64,000 nt of DNA from Candidatus Bathyarchaeota archaeon. GTDB lineage: Archaea > Thermoproteota > Bathyarchaeia > Bathyarchaeales > Bathycorpusculaceae. A program made the translations under genes and the position numbers. The stretch covers positions 20,860 to 84,859 of the forward strand of contig CAWABA010000003.1 of assembly GCA_963780185.1 (NCBI GenBank). Direction: 5' to 3'. The notes beneath the pieces are model-generated. The model was not told where the DNA came from. It searched no databases and was given only the letters and a program-made list of their open reading frames with translations. The first letter of the stretch is position 1, and every line of letters starts with the position of its first letter. Of this stretch, positions 50,626 to 60,849 are shown in pieces.

Positions 50626-52443
50626 CTAATGGAAAGCTGCTTTTAAGTGTTTGTTGAAGTGCAGGTTGCTGAGTTTTGTCTTGAAGACTGCATAAGCTAT
50701 GAAAACGATGAAGCATGCTCCAAGTGCACCTATTGGACCCAATGTGTATTCTGGTAACGCAAAAGGCGAAGACAGAACCGTCACTGAAACAGCAGTAGAA
50801 TTCACTGCAACGCCGTTATTGTCAGTTACTTGAAGTATGAAGCCCCAGCTTCCCGGAGCCGTTGAAGATAAAGTCGCAAAGTTGTAGCTATCTGAATTTG
50901 CTCCGTCAATAGATATGTAAGAGGATGCACCAGGAGCCTCGGCAAACCATTGATATGTATAAGGAGAAGCGCCTGAATTTACAATAGACGATAGAGTGCT
51001 GCTTTGACCTAGATTGATCGTGTTTGCAGAAGCAGAAATCGAGGGAGCAACCAAAACGTTACTTTGCAGGTTTATGTTGAGGGTTGTGTCGCCGCTAACC
51101 GTCACCGACTCCTGAGCACTAACCAAGTTAGACCCAGAAGAAGGAAAAACATACAGCGTATAAGACCCAACAGGAACACCCGCAATCACATAATGACCAG
51201 ACGAATCAGTATAACCACCTCCAGCCAAGCTGCCATCAGCGGCATTATACAAGTCAACTTGAGCGTTATTGACGCCTGAACCATCAGGAGCCAAAACATA
51301 ACCAGAAACCGTATACCCAACTTGCAAAGTTATCGTGGGTACGATTGTGTCACCGCTAACCGTCACCGACTCCTGAGCACTAACCAAGTTAGACCCAGAA
51401 GAAGGAAAAACATACAGCGTATAAGAGCCATCAGGAACACCCGCAATCACATAATGACCAGACGAATCAGTATAACCATCTCCAGCCCCGTTGCCATCAG
51501 CGGCATTATACAAGGCGACATAAGCATTGGCAACGCCTGAACCATCAGGAGCCAAAACATAACCAGAAGCAGTATACCCAACTTGTAAAGTTATGTTAAG
51601 GGTTGTGTCGCCGCTAACCGTCACCGACTCCTGAGCACTAACCAAGTTAGACCCAGAAGAAGGAAAAACATACAGCGTATAAGACCCAACAGGAACACCC
51701 GCAATCACATAATGACCAGACGAATCAGTAGAAACATCTCCAGCCCCGCTGCCATCAGCGGCATTATACAAGTCAACTTGAGCGTTATTGACGCCTGAAC
51801 CATCAGGAGCCAAAACATAACCAGAAACAGTCTCCAAAGTGATATCAATCGTCATGCTGCCTGAAACCGTCACAGAATCTGTATATGCGAGAAACCCATT
51901 ATTCGAGTAAACGTTCATAGTGTATGTTCCCGCTGGAACGCCGGATATTGAATAATAACCAGAAGAATCAGAATAAACAGCTCCAACCAAGCCGCCAGAA
52001 AGACCATACATGTTAACCCAAAAATTTGAACAGCCTGAACCGTCAGAAAGCAAAACATGGCCAGAAACCGTATACCCAACTTGCAAAGTTATCGTGGGTA
52101 CGATTGTGTCACCGCTAACCGTCACCGACTCCTGAGCATAACCGAGGCCAGACCCCGAAGGAGGATAAACATACAGCGTATAAGAGCCATCAAGAACACC
52201 CGCAATCACATAATGACCAGACGAATCAGTAGAAACAATTTCAATCGAGCTGCCATCAGCACTATACAAGACGACATAAGCATTGGCAACGCCTGAACCA
52301 TCAGGAGCCAAAACATAACCAGAAACCGTATAAGTCGATGTGCCGCCTCCATCTGCTTTAGCCATGTGTATTGTTCCAAATACGGAAACTGTGATTATTA
52401 AGAGACTTAGTAATAGAATTATCGGGATTGCTTTCTTATTCAT
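50626..52443 (-). CDS. Surface protein with five carboxypeptidase-regulatory-like (transthyretin-like) repeats and LPEY-TM anchor
   Basis: SGYVLAPDGSGV..TDSSGHYVIAGVP.GSYTLYV repeats; signal peptide. Confidence 0.85.
   Translation of the reverse strand: MNKKAIPIILLLSLLIITVSVFGTIHMAKADGGGTSTYTVSGYVLAPDGSGVANAYVVLYSADGSSIEIVSTDSSGHYVIAGVLDGSYTLYVYPPSGSGLGYAQESVTVSGDTIVPTITLQVGYTVSGHVLLSDGSGCSNFWVNMYGLSGGLVGAVYSDSSGYYSISGVPAGTYTMNVYSNNGFLAYTDSVTVSGSMTIDITLETVSGYVLAPDGSGVNNAQVDLYNAADGSGAGDVSTDSSGHYVIAGVPVGSYTLYVFPSSGSNLVSAQESVTVSGDTTLNITLQVGYTASGYVLAPDGSGVANAYVALYNAADGNGAGDGYTDSSGHYVIAGVPDGSYTLYVFPSSGSNLVSAQESVTVSGDTIVPTITLQVGYTVSGYVLAPDGSGVNNAQVDLYNAADGSLAGGGYTDSSGHYVIAGVPVGSYTLYVFPSSGSNLVSAQESVTVSGDTTLNINLQSNVLVAPSISASANTINLGQSSTLSSIVNSGASPYTYQWFAEAPGASSYISIDGANSDSYNFATLSSTAPGSWGFILQVTDNNGVAVNSTAVSVTVLSSPFALPEYTLGPIGALGACFIVFIAYAVFKTKLSNLHFNKHLKAAFH
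51065..52330 (-). repeat. Intragenic ~255-bp tandem repeats (four near-identical, one divergent)
   Basis: Blocks such as CCGCAATCACATAATGACCAGACGAATCAGTA and GCCTGAACCATCAGGAGCCAAAACATAACCAGAA recur four times. Confidence 0.9.
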
Positions 52444-52607
52444 TTTTTCCCCTTTCCTTTTTGAAACTTAATGCTCTCTAAGCACCAATGCAAGCGTTAA
52501 TATGTTTTGCCTATACAAATCTTTTAGTTTTTGCTGAAGGACTTTAGAATTTATCCGCTCAATATAGCGAGCGGAAAAAGTTTATTACTAAGAAACAACA
52601 GTGCGGG

Positions 52608-52843
52608 GTGGAAAGCCAGAACCGAATTAAAACAGAGTTTGCCGTCGAATTGGCCGCAGCGCCCGTAACCGACAATGCCGCCGACATTGCGTCAACATGG
52701 GAAAGTCGCATCCGCCCATCCCGCAACATAGAACACTGCCAGACACGACCAGAACTACAAGCCCTTCAAGCCCCAAACCGAAAAAGCAACAAGGGAAACA
52801 ACCAGAAAAAAGTCTCAACTTTCCACAGGACAAAAGTCTCAAC
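52608..52843 (+). repeat. Dispersed non-coding element, copy B
   Basis: Direct-orientation homolog of 49608-49893. Confidence 0.85.
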
Positions 52844-52974
52844 TTAAAAAAACACAATCCAAAGAAGGACAATACTTCGACTAAAAAAGCCAAAGTTCAT
52901 GTGTTCTGAGGGAAAAGTTTAAGGGTTAAAGTTAGTTATGGTTTGCCGTATTCCCGATCTTTGAGGTTTATAGT

Positions 52975-53532
52975 TTGTCAAATAAACTTGGAACAATTGA
53001 AGAACGCAAGGCAGAAGTCCTTATTAAACTTCGAAAATACAAGCTTATTGAAAAAGAAACAGGCAAGTACGAAGGCGCCATATCCTACATCATCGACATT
53101 CCGCAAGACAAAGAAAAAGCCCTAATCTGGTGCATTCTAGGCGAAGCAACCGTAGGCATAGCAGCAATGAACACCCTGTATAAAGTGATGAAAGAAAAAG
53201 AAATCGACCGCGCAATAGTCGTCACGGAAGGACGCTACACACACGCAGTGAAGCTTGGCGCAAAAAAGAAGCAGGTTGAACTGCTACCGAAGTCTTTCCC
53301 AGTCTTCGACATATTCGAACACGCCCTTGTCCCGCTACATGAAATGCTAAGCGAAAAAGAAAAAACCGCACTTCTCACCCAATACAAGGTCAAGCCGTAC
53401 CAGATGCCGCAGATAAAGTCAGGCGACCCAGCAGTCAAAGCGATAGGCGCAAAACCCGGTGACGTTCTAAGAATCACCAGAAAAAGCACAACCGCCGGCG
53501 AACACATAACATACCGATACGTGGTAGAGTAA
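52975..53532 (+). CDS. rpo5: RNA polymerase subunit Rpo5/RpoH with Rpb5-like N-terminal extension
   Basis: C-terminal [14 protein letters not shown]-like..[29 protein letters not shown]. Confidence 0.92.
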   Translation: MSNKLGTIEERKAEVLIKLRKYKLIEKETGKYEGAISYIIDIPQDKEKALIWCILGEATVGIAAMNTLYKVMKEKEIDRAIVVTEGRYTHAVKLGAKKKQVELLPKSFPVFDIFEHALVPLHEMLSEKEKTALLTQYKVKPYQMPQIKSGDPAVKAIGAKPGDVLRITRKSTTAGEHITYRYVVE

Positions 53533-53653
53533 AAAAAACTCTGCCGCCAAACCCGTTTTGGCGTCTGAAAAGTTTTCTTTCACAATTCTATGCAGGTTAG
53601 CTTGGCTTTTAGGTATGGTTCGGAAAAAAATAGCTGAAAGAAACTTGATAGAA

Positions 53654-54211
53654 TTATTTGGCGATCATTACTTCTGTTGACTTCACGATTGCTTCAACTT
53701 CGTCGCCTACCTTAAGGTCAAGGTCCTCGACGGCGTCTTTAGTGATAACGGCAGTTACGGTTACAGGCATCTTCACTTCAACCTTCACTTTAGCAGTAAT
53801 CACGCCTTTCTCAACAGCCACAACTTTACCTTTAAAACGGTTCCTTGCACTCAACTTCAAACCTTTCACCTCCACACTTCCCGAACTTGACAAAACCTTA
53901 TCCAAATAGCTCTCAGCTTGCTTATACTCAACCAGCAAGCTCCGACCCAAATCCGTCAGATTTGCGCCGCCTCCCCCAGCTTTCCCGCCTTTGAAAGTTT
54001 CAACTATCGGCTGATCAAGAGTCTTCTGAATTTCCTGCAGGTAATTCCACACGTAACGATACGACATGCTTAGGGTTTGGGCAGCTTTCGAAATGGAGCT
54101 TTCTTTGTCGACGGCTTCAAGAATCTCTGCTCCCCCTTTACCTATCAACGGCTGATCTTTGTATTCCAGCCAAACCTTGCATGAGAGCTTATGTTTTTTG
54201 TCAGAAAGCAT
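53654..54211 (-). CDS. modE: ModE-family regulator (wHTH plus TOBE/Mop)
   Basis: SISKAAQTLSMSYRYVW, GGKAGGGANLT, SARNRFKG, AIVKSTEV. Confidence 0.9.
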   Translation of the reverse strand: MLSDKKHKLSCKVWLEYKDQPLIGKGGAEILEAVDKESSISKAAQTLSMSYRYVWNYLQEIQKTLDQPIVETFKGGKAGGGGANLTDLGRSLLVEYKQAESYLDKVLSSSGSVEVKGLKLSARNRFKGKVVAVEKGVITAKVKVEVKMPVTVTAVITKDAVEDLDLKVGDEVEAIVKSTEVMIAK

Positions 54212-54297
54212 TCTACATTATGCATAGTTGACTTCACCATATAAATCTAGTTCACCTACTTGCACTGCTCCCTACATAGCCCTCAGATGCTGGGAAA

Positions 54298-54690
54298 TTA
54301 GAACTCCAACTCGCCTTTCACAAATTTGCTGGAAATCTCGCATTTTGGGTTCTCGAAGAAGTCGTTGGCGGATGCTGCTTCCACTATTTCCCCGTTGTAG
54401 ATGTGCACTATCTCGTCCGCTATTCTTCTTGCCTGAGTCAGATTGTGCGTAGCCATCACTATGATACGTTCGGGGCTTTTCTGGCTGACAATGGCTTTCT
54501 CAATTATCGCTGCACTGTTCGGGTCCAAGTTGGCTGTAGGCTCATCCAGCAGCATTATGTGGGGTTCAAGCAGGAACGCTCTTGCAAGCGAAATTCTCTG
54601 CTGTTCGCCGCCTGAAGTTTTCTTTGCCCTTCGCTTCTCGAACCCTGAAAGCCTCAATGCCTGCAACTCGGCGCTAACTCTTCTTAAAAA
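54298..54690 (-). pseudogene. C-terminal half of a TupC-like oxyanion ABC ATPase
   Basis: SGGEQQR, LLDEPTANLDP, ATHNL, FVKGEL present; no Walker A or permease. Confidence 0.7.
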
Positions 54691-54720
54691 AGCACAGGAG
54701 TCCACACAAAGCACAGGCAT

Positions 54721-54945
54721 CTAAACGGGTATTTTCCGCTCTTCCAACAGCTCGCTGAGAATCACAAGCGCTTCGCCCAGCGGCATGCCAAGCCTTTCAG
54801 CAAGCTCAGACGGGGTTACATCGGCTTTTTGCGGCAGAATGGTTCCGCGGGTGTAAGCCTTATGGGTAGGGTACATAACTGAAGCATGTACTGATTCAAC
54901 AAGCAACTGCCAAAGCTTCTCTTTTGAGTACTCTTCCAAATTCAT
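54721..54945 (-). CDS. Small HTH-like hypothetical protein
   Basis: TPSELAERLGMPLGEALVIL. Confidence 0.6.
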   Translation of the reverse strand: MNLEEYSKEKLWQLLVESVHASVMYPTHKAYTRGTILPQKADVTPSELAERLGMPLGEALVILSELLEERKIPV

Positions 54946-55164
54946 AGGCGTTCAAACATGCATGCACCATTATCGTTATTAACTTAACGCAAGGCGCATT
55001 CGGCTGAGTGCAATATGCTTGATTCATTGCGGCTGATGCTTGTGGATAAGCCAAATCGGCGCGTCCAGAGGCTCCTAATAGTCACACAAGTAAGTGTTAT
55101 GTTGCTTGCTAAAATCTCAACATTTTATAATATAAACTGCGCCTTATACGTAAGAGGAGCGCCT

Positions 55165-55965
55165 GTGTGGGAAGCATTTTTGCCCATTATCGGATTCTTC
55201 ATCGGGCTGGTTTCGGTTATGGTTGGCCTTGGAGGAGGATTTCTAGTTGTACCTTTGTTGACTTTGGTCTACGCTTTCTCCCCAGCAAGTGCAGTCGGAA
55301 CCAGCTTAACAACAATTTTTGCGACGACAGTTGTTGCCTCAGCGTACTATTCAAAACAAAAGCAAACTTACTATAAGATGGGGTTGATTCTAACGGTTGC
55401 CGCAGTGCCAGGTGCAATATTTGGAAGCTACTTGACGACAGAGGTGTCAGGACAGATAATAGGTTTGCTTATCGGTGTTTTCTTGGTTTTTGTGGCATGG
55501 CAAATGATCTACAGAAAAGGGACTGCAAACAATTGTGAAAATTCAGAACGTGATTCTGGTTTTTCTGAAAAAGAACTGCTATCCCAAAAAGGGAAAGTGT
55601 TTCTAGGGATTTTTCTCTGCTTTTTTGCTGGTTTATGTGGTGGTCTGCTTGGCATTCCAGGGGTACTATTGGTGCCGATCATGCTTTTGGTTTTGCACAT
55701 GCCATTTAAGGCAGTAGCGGCAACGTCGGTTTTCACGATGGTTTTTATTTCGTTAGCGGGTGTGGCTCAACATTTCAGTTTAGGAAACATCGATGTTGAA
55801 TATGCATTGCTGATAGGATCTGGCTCGATGTTCGGAGGGTTACTCGGCGCATATCTTTGCCAAATCTCGAAAAGCAGAACTTTGCGTTGGGTTTTATCAG
55901 GATTGCTTCTCTTCATAAGTTTACAGATGTTCCTAAAGTTTGGGTTAGGTTTAGTTTTCAGATGA
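55165..55965 (+). CDS. TauE/SafE (TSUP) family membrane protein
   Basis: GLGGGFLVVP, AVGTSL, AVAATS; AGAGGAG before the GTG. Confidence 0.87.
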   Translation: MWEAFLPIIGFFIGLVSVMVGLGGGFLVVPLLTLVYAFSPASAVGTSLTTIFATTVVASAYYSKQKQTYYKMGLILTVAAVPGAIFGSYLTTEVSGQIIGLLIGVFLVFVAWQMIYRKGTANNCENSERDSGFSEKELLSQKGKVFLGIFLCFFAGLCGGLLGIPGVLLVPIMLLVLHMPFKAVAATSVFTMVFISLAGVAQHFSLGNIDVEYALLIGSGSMFGGLLGAYLCQISKSRTLRWVLSGLLLFISLQMFLKFGLGLVFR

Positions 55966-56085
55966 AAGGTAATTGGAAAAGCAATCTGTCAAATTGCCAT
56001 CAGCTAAAGTCTTTTCGTCGCATTCAGAAACGCTTTTTAGGAAAGAAAAGACAGGGTATACAATTTAATCCATCAGGGGATGTAA

Positions 56086-59000
56086 ATGGAATCTTCTAAT
56101 GTTGCTTCTCTTCGAAACTTCGGCATTGAACTCGTTGGTTCGGTGACGTGGGGTACGCATCTTTGCCAGTTTTATGAGTCAAAACAAGATTTAATCGATA
56201 TTTTGGTTCCTTACTTTGCTGAAGGTCTGCGCAGCAACGAGTTTTGCATGTGGGTTACTTCTCCGCCTCTGGAAGCTGAAGAAGCTAAAGAAGCGTTAAG
56301 AAAAGCTGTTCCCCACTTGGATATGTATTTGGAGAAAGGTCAGATAGAGATTGTTTCATACAAGGACTGGTACTTGTCAGGAGGCAAATTTGATTCGGAC
56401 CGTGTGCTGCAAGGCTGGGTGAAAAAAGAAACTGATGCAATAAAGCATGGTTTTGAAGGACTTCGACTTACGGGAAATACTTTTTGGATTGAGCGCAACC
56501 TTTGGAAAAGTTTTGTAGATTACGAAGAAGCCGTCAACGCGGTTATCGGTCAGCATAAGATGCTGGCGTTATGCACTTATTGCCTTAAGAAAACAAGTGG
56601 AACTGACGTTGTTGACGTAGTTAGAAATCATGTTGGCACTTTGCTTAAGCAAGGCGAAAAATGGGTTTTAGTCGAAAATGCAGTGGAACGCAAGAAAGAG
56701 CAAGATGCTTCAGTAGAAAGAGAGCAAAGCTGGCAGACGACTCTGGGCAGTATTGGGGATGCTGTTATAGCGACCGATTCAAAGGGCGAAATAACTTTCA
56801 TGAACAATGTGGCAGAAAAGTTGACGGGGTGGACCCTGAATGAGGCATCAAAAGAACCTTTGGAAAAAGTCTTTCACATAATTAACGAAAAGACCCGTAG
56901 AGAAGTTGCGAACCCAGTAACACGCGTGCTTAAAGAAGGCAGGATAGTAGGATTAGCTAATCATACAGTGCTGATAACGAAAGATGGAAACGAGGTTCCG
57001 ATTGACGACAGCGGCGCACCCATAAAACATAAAGACGGAAAGATTTCAGGTGTAGTGCTAGTATTTCGTGACATAACTGAACGCAAAAAGGCGGAAAAAG
57101 ATCTATTTAATCTTGCAAAGTTTCCGTCAGAGAATCCTTTTGCCGTGCTTCGAATCAATAGCGATGGCACGGTTATGTATGCTAATGCGGAAAGTTTGCG
57201 GCTTCCAAAACCAATCAGCACACAGGTCGGTCAAATTGTCCGCCCGCTATGGCTTAACTATGTTTCCGAAGCTTTGATGTCTAACCGCCGGTTAGATTTT
57301 GAGGAAAATGCTGGGGGGCGTTGGTTTGAGTTTAAGCTGGCGCCAATTCTTTCTGAAGGGTACGTCAACATTTACGGGGCAGATATCAGTGAACGCAAGA
57401 AAGCTGAAGAAGCAGCCAGAAAAAGCGAAGCTTTAACCGTCGTTTCAAACTATACCAGAAGCCTAATTGAAGCAAGCTTAGACCCGTTGGTTACTATCAG
57501 CCCTGACGGAAAGATTACTGACGTTAACGAGGCTACTGTTAAGGTTACAGGTGTTTCGCGTGAGCAACTTATCGGTACTGACTTCTCCAACTACTTCACA
57601 GAGCAGGATAAAGCCCGTAAAGGCTACCAGCAGGCATTCGCCGAGGGCTCCGTTACGGATTATCCTCTGACTATCCGGCATAAGGACGGAAAATTGACTG
57701 ATGTTCTTTACAACGCCAGCGTTTACAGGGACACAGGAGGAAACGTATTGGGTGTCTTTGCCGCTGCTCGAGACGTCACTGAATCAAAGCGAGTTATGCA
57801 TGATTTCACCGAGACAAAGAATCTTTTGGATAACATCTTGCAAAGCTCGACCAAATATTCCATTATCGGCAAAGATCTTAATCGTAAAATTCTCTCCTGG
57901 AACGAAGGCGCTAAGAGAAATTACGGTTATACAGCAGAGGAGATTATCGGTAAGGATTCAAGCATACTTCACACTCCTGATGACATAAAATCCGGGCGTG
58001 TCGATCAAATGCTGAAGGTTGCATATGAGAAAGGCGTAGCTGAAGGCGAATTCCAACGTGTTAGGAAAGATGGTAGCCGTTTTATGGCCAGCATCGTCGT
58101 GACACGACGAAATGACTCTAATGGTCGCCCTGTTGGTTATCTTCTCATCAGCAATGACATCTCAGAGAAAAAGCAAGCAGAGGAACAACTAAAGCAGGTC
58201 TCTGAGTATTCTAGAATCCTGATTGAGGCAAGCCTTGATCCACTGGTAACGATTAGCGCTGAAGGCAAAATCACTGACGTTAACAAAGCCACTGAGGGAG
58301 CAACTGGGTGCACAAGACAAGAATTGATTGGCAGTGACTTCTCAAACTACTTTACCGAACCAGAAGAAGCACGCAAGGGCTACCGGCAAGTCTTCAATAA
58401 AGGCTTCGTCAAGGATTACCCGTTAGCAATTAGGCACAAATCCGGTAAAATAACTGATGTACTTTACAATGCTACAGTTTATAAGAACGAGCGAGGGGAA
58501 ATTCAAGGAGTCTTTGCCGCCGCTAGAGATGTTACTGAACGCAAGCAAGCTGAAGAGCGACTACGGAGAGTTTCGTTGTATTCACGCAGTCTAATTGAGG
58601 CCAGCCTTGACCCACTTGTCACAATTAATGCCGAGGGAAAGATTACAGATGTCAACAAAGCAACGGAAGAAGTCACTGGTTATCCGCGAGGGCAATTGAT
58701 TGGCAGTGATTTCTCAGATTATTTCGTGGAGCCAGAAAAAGCGCGGGCAGGATACCAACAGGTTTTCACAGATGGCTTGGTGCGGGATTACCCATTAGCT
58801 ATCCGCAATCGAAACGGCAACATTACAGATGTGCTTTACAACGCCACAGTATACAGAAATGAAGCCGCAGAGATAGAAGGCGTTTTCGCCGCTGCCAGAG
58901 ATGTCACAGTACAGAAACAGGCGGAGGAAAAGCTCCGTGCAGCTTCACTCTATGCGAGGACGCTTATCGAAGCCAGTTTAGACCCGCTGGTGACTATCAG

Positions 59001-60384
59001 TGCAGAAGGAAAAATTACTGACGTAAATCAAGCCACTGAAACTGTGACGGGTTTGGGTCGTGACCAATTGATCGGAAGCGACTTCTCGGACTATTTCACC
59101 GAGCCGGAGCAGGCTAGAAAAGGCTACCGGCAGGTCTTCACAGACGGCTTTGTACAGGACTACCCATTAGCCATAAGGCATGTCTCAGGAAGAATAACCG
59201 ATGTTCTCTACAACGCTACCATCTTCAAAAACGAGAAAGGGGAAGTTCAAGGCATATTCGCCGCGGCAAGAGACGTCACTGAACGCAAAAAAGCTGAAGA
59301 AGAACTTAGAACTGCATCTCTGTATTCACGCAGCTTACTTGAAGCAAGCCTTGACCCCTTGGTGACAATCAGCCCCGACGGAAAAATCACCGACGTCAAC
59401 AAAGCAACCGAAGACGCAACGGGCTGTTCACGTGAACAATTAATCGGAAGCGATTTCTCAGAATACTTCACCGCGCCCCAAGAAGCCAGAGCAGGCTACA
59501 AACGGGTTTTCACCGACGGCTTCGTCAAGGATTACCCCCTCGCCATCAGGCATAATTCTGGAGAAATAACAGACGTCATCTACAACGCATCGGTTTTCAG
59601 GAATGCTCAGGGACAAATTCAAGGGGTCTTCGCTGCTGCGAGAGACATTACTCAGCGGAAAGCCATGGAGAACAAGCTTAGAGAAACCCTTGAGAAACTT
59701 AAGCAGTCCAACGCTGAGCTGGAGCAGTTTGCCTACGTTGCGTCGCATGACTTGCAGGAGCCGCTGCGGATGGTTGCAAGCTACGTCCAGCTTCTTCAAC
59801 GCAGGTACCAAGGAAAACTTGACCCTGAAGCCGACGAATTCATCGCGTATGCAGTGGACGGCGCAAATCGGATGCGCGGGTTAATCGACGACCTCTTGAC
59901 GTATTCGCGGGTTGGAAGACTCGGCAAACCGTTTGAACCCACAAACCTCGAATCTACCTTGGACATCGTTCTTAAAAATCTCCAAGCGTCAATCGCGGAC
60001 AACAAAGCCACCGTGACACATGACACGCTCCCGGTTATCAAGGCAGATGGGTCACAGCTTGTTCAACTATTTCAGAACTTGATTGGCAACGCCATCAAAT
60101 TCCACGGCGAAGAACCGCCTCACGTGCATGTTTCAGCTGTGGATAAGGGTTCTGAGTGGGAGTTCGCCGTGCGCGACAACGGCATCGGCATAGACCCCCA
60201 GTACTTCGAACGCCTCTTCAAGATTTTCCAGCGCCTCCACACAAGAGAAGAATATCCAGGGTCAGGAATCGGCCTTGCAGTATGCAAAAAAATCGTGGAG
60301 CGTCATGGGGGACGCATCTGGATTGAATCGCAAATAGGGAAAGGTTCAACTATTTACTTTACACTAAGTAAAAGGAAAGCGTAG
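56086..60384 (+). CDS. MEDS plus multi-PAS sensor histidine kinase
   Basis: WGTHLCQFY (MEDS); about 8 PAS domains; ASHDLQEPLR, QNLIGNAIKF, DNGIG, GSGIGL. Confidence 0.93.
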   Translation: MESSNVASLRNFGIELVGSVTWGTHLCQFYESKQDLIDILVPYFAEGLRSNEFCMWVTSPPLEAEEAKEALRKAVPHLDMYLEKGQIEIVSYKDWYLSGGKFDSDRVLQGWVKKETDAIKHGFEGLRLTGNTFWIERNLWKSFVDYEEAVNAVIGQHKMLALCTYCLKKTSGTDVVDVVRNHVGTLLKQGEKWVLVENAVERKKEQDASVEREQSWQTTLGSIGDAVIATDSKGEITFMNNVAEKLTGWTLNEASKEPLEKVFHIINEKTRREVANPVTRVLKEGRIVGLANHTVLITKDGNEVPIDDSGAPIKHKDGKISGVVLVFRDITERKKAEKDLFNLAKFPSENPFAVLRINSDGTVMYANAESLRLPKPISTQVGQIVRPLWLNYVSEALMSNRRLDFEENAGGRWFEFKLAPILSEGYVNIYGADISERKKAEEAARKSEALTVVSNYTRSLIEASLDPLVTISPDGKITDVNEATVKVTGVSREQLIGTDFSNYFTEQDKARKGYQQAFAEGSVTDYPLTIRHKDGKLTDVLYNASVYRDTGGNVLGVFAAARDVTESKRVMHDFTETKNLLDNILQSSTKYSIIGKDLNRKILSWNEGAKRNYGYTAEEIIGKDSSILHTPDDIKSGRVDQMLKVAYEKGVAEGEFQRVRKDGSRFMASIVVTRRNDSNGRPVGYLLISNDISEKKQAEEQLKQVSEYSRILIEASLDPLVTISAEGKITDVNKATEGATGCTRQELIGSDFSNYFTEPEEARKGYRQVFNKGFVKDYPLAIRHKSGKITDVLYNATVYKNERGEIQGVFAAARDVTERKQAEERLRRVSLYSRSLIEASLDPLVTINAEGKITDVNKATEEVTGYPRGQLIGSDFSDYFVEPEKARAGYQQVFTDGLVRDYPLAIRNRNGNITDVLYNATVYRNEAAEIEGVFAAARDVTVQKQAEEKLRAASLYARTLIEASLDPLVTISAEGKITDVNQATETVTGLGRDQLIGSDFSDYFTEPEQARKGYRQVFTDGFVQDYPLAIRHVSGRITDVLYNATIFKNEKGEVQGIFAAARDVTERKKAEEELRTASLYSRSLLEASLDPLVTISPDGKITDVNKATEDATGCSREQLIGSDFSEYFTAPQEARAGYKRVFTDGFVKDYPLAIRHNSGEITDVIYNASVFRNAQGQIQGVFAAARDITQRKAMENKLRETLEKLKQSNAELEQFAYVASHDLQEPLRMVASYVQLLQRRYQGKLDPEADEFIAYAVDGANRMRGLIDDLLTYSRVGRLGKPFEPTNLESTLDIVLKNLQASIADNKATVTHDTLPVIKADGSQLVQLFQNLIGNAIKFHGEEPPHVHVSAVDKGSEWEFAVRDNGIGIDPQYFERLFKIFQRLHTREEYPGSGIGLAVCKKIVERHGGRIWIESQIGKGSTIYFTLSKRKA

Positions 60385-60391
60385 TGAAAAC

Positions 60392-60832
60392 ATGAATGAA
60401 GTTAGACCAGTTGATATATTGCTCGTTGAGGATAATCCTGGAGACGTTCGTTTAACCAAAGAAGCTTTAAGAGACGCAAAAGTACTAAACGAAATCTACG
60501 TTGCTAAAGACGGCGTTGAGGCTATCGAATTCTTGCGTAGAAAAGGTCGATTTTCGAAGGTGCCTTTGCCTGATTTAATACTACTTGACCTTAACCTGCC
60601 GAAAAAAGATGGGCGCGAAGTTCTGGCTGAAATAAAAGAAGACCCAATCTTAAAACACATCCCAGTTGTGGTCCTGACAACCTCCAAGGCTGACGAGGAC
60701 ATAGTTAAAACATACAACTTGCATGCCAACGCCTACATCACAAAACCAGTTGACCTTAACCGCTTCGCAGAAATCATACATGTACTGAACGAATTTTGGT
60801 TCACAATAGTTAAACTGCCACCGAAGGAATAA
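60392..60832 (+). CDS. Single-domain response regulator (Rcp1-like)
   Basis: LLVEDNPGD, LLDLNLP, LTTS, YITKP. Confidence 0.93.
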   Translation: MNEVRPVDILLVEDNPGDVRLTKEALRDAKVLNEIYVAKDGVEAIEFLRRKGRFSKVPLPDLILLDLNLPKKDGREVLAEIKEDPILKHIPVVVLTTSKADEDIVKTYNLHANAYITKPVDLNRFAEIIHVLNEFWFTIVKLPPKE

Positions 60833-60849
60833 AATCGACAAAAATTCTT

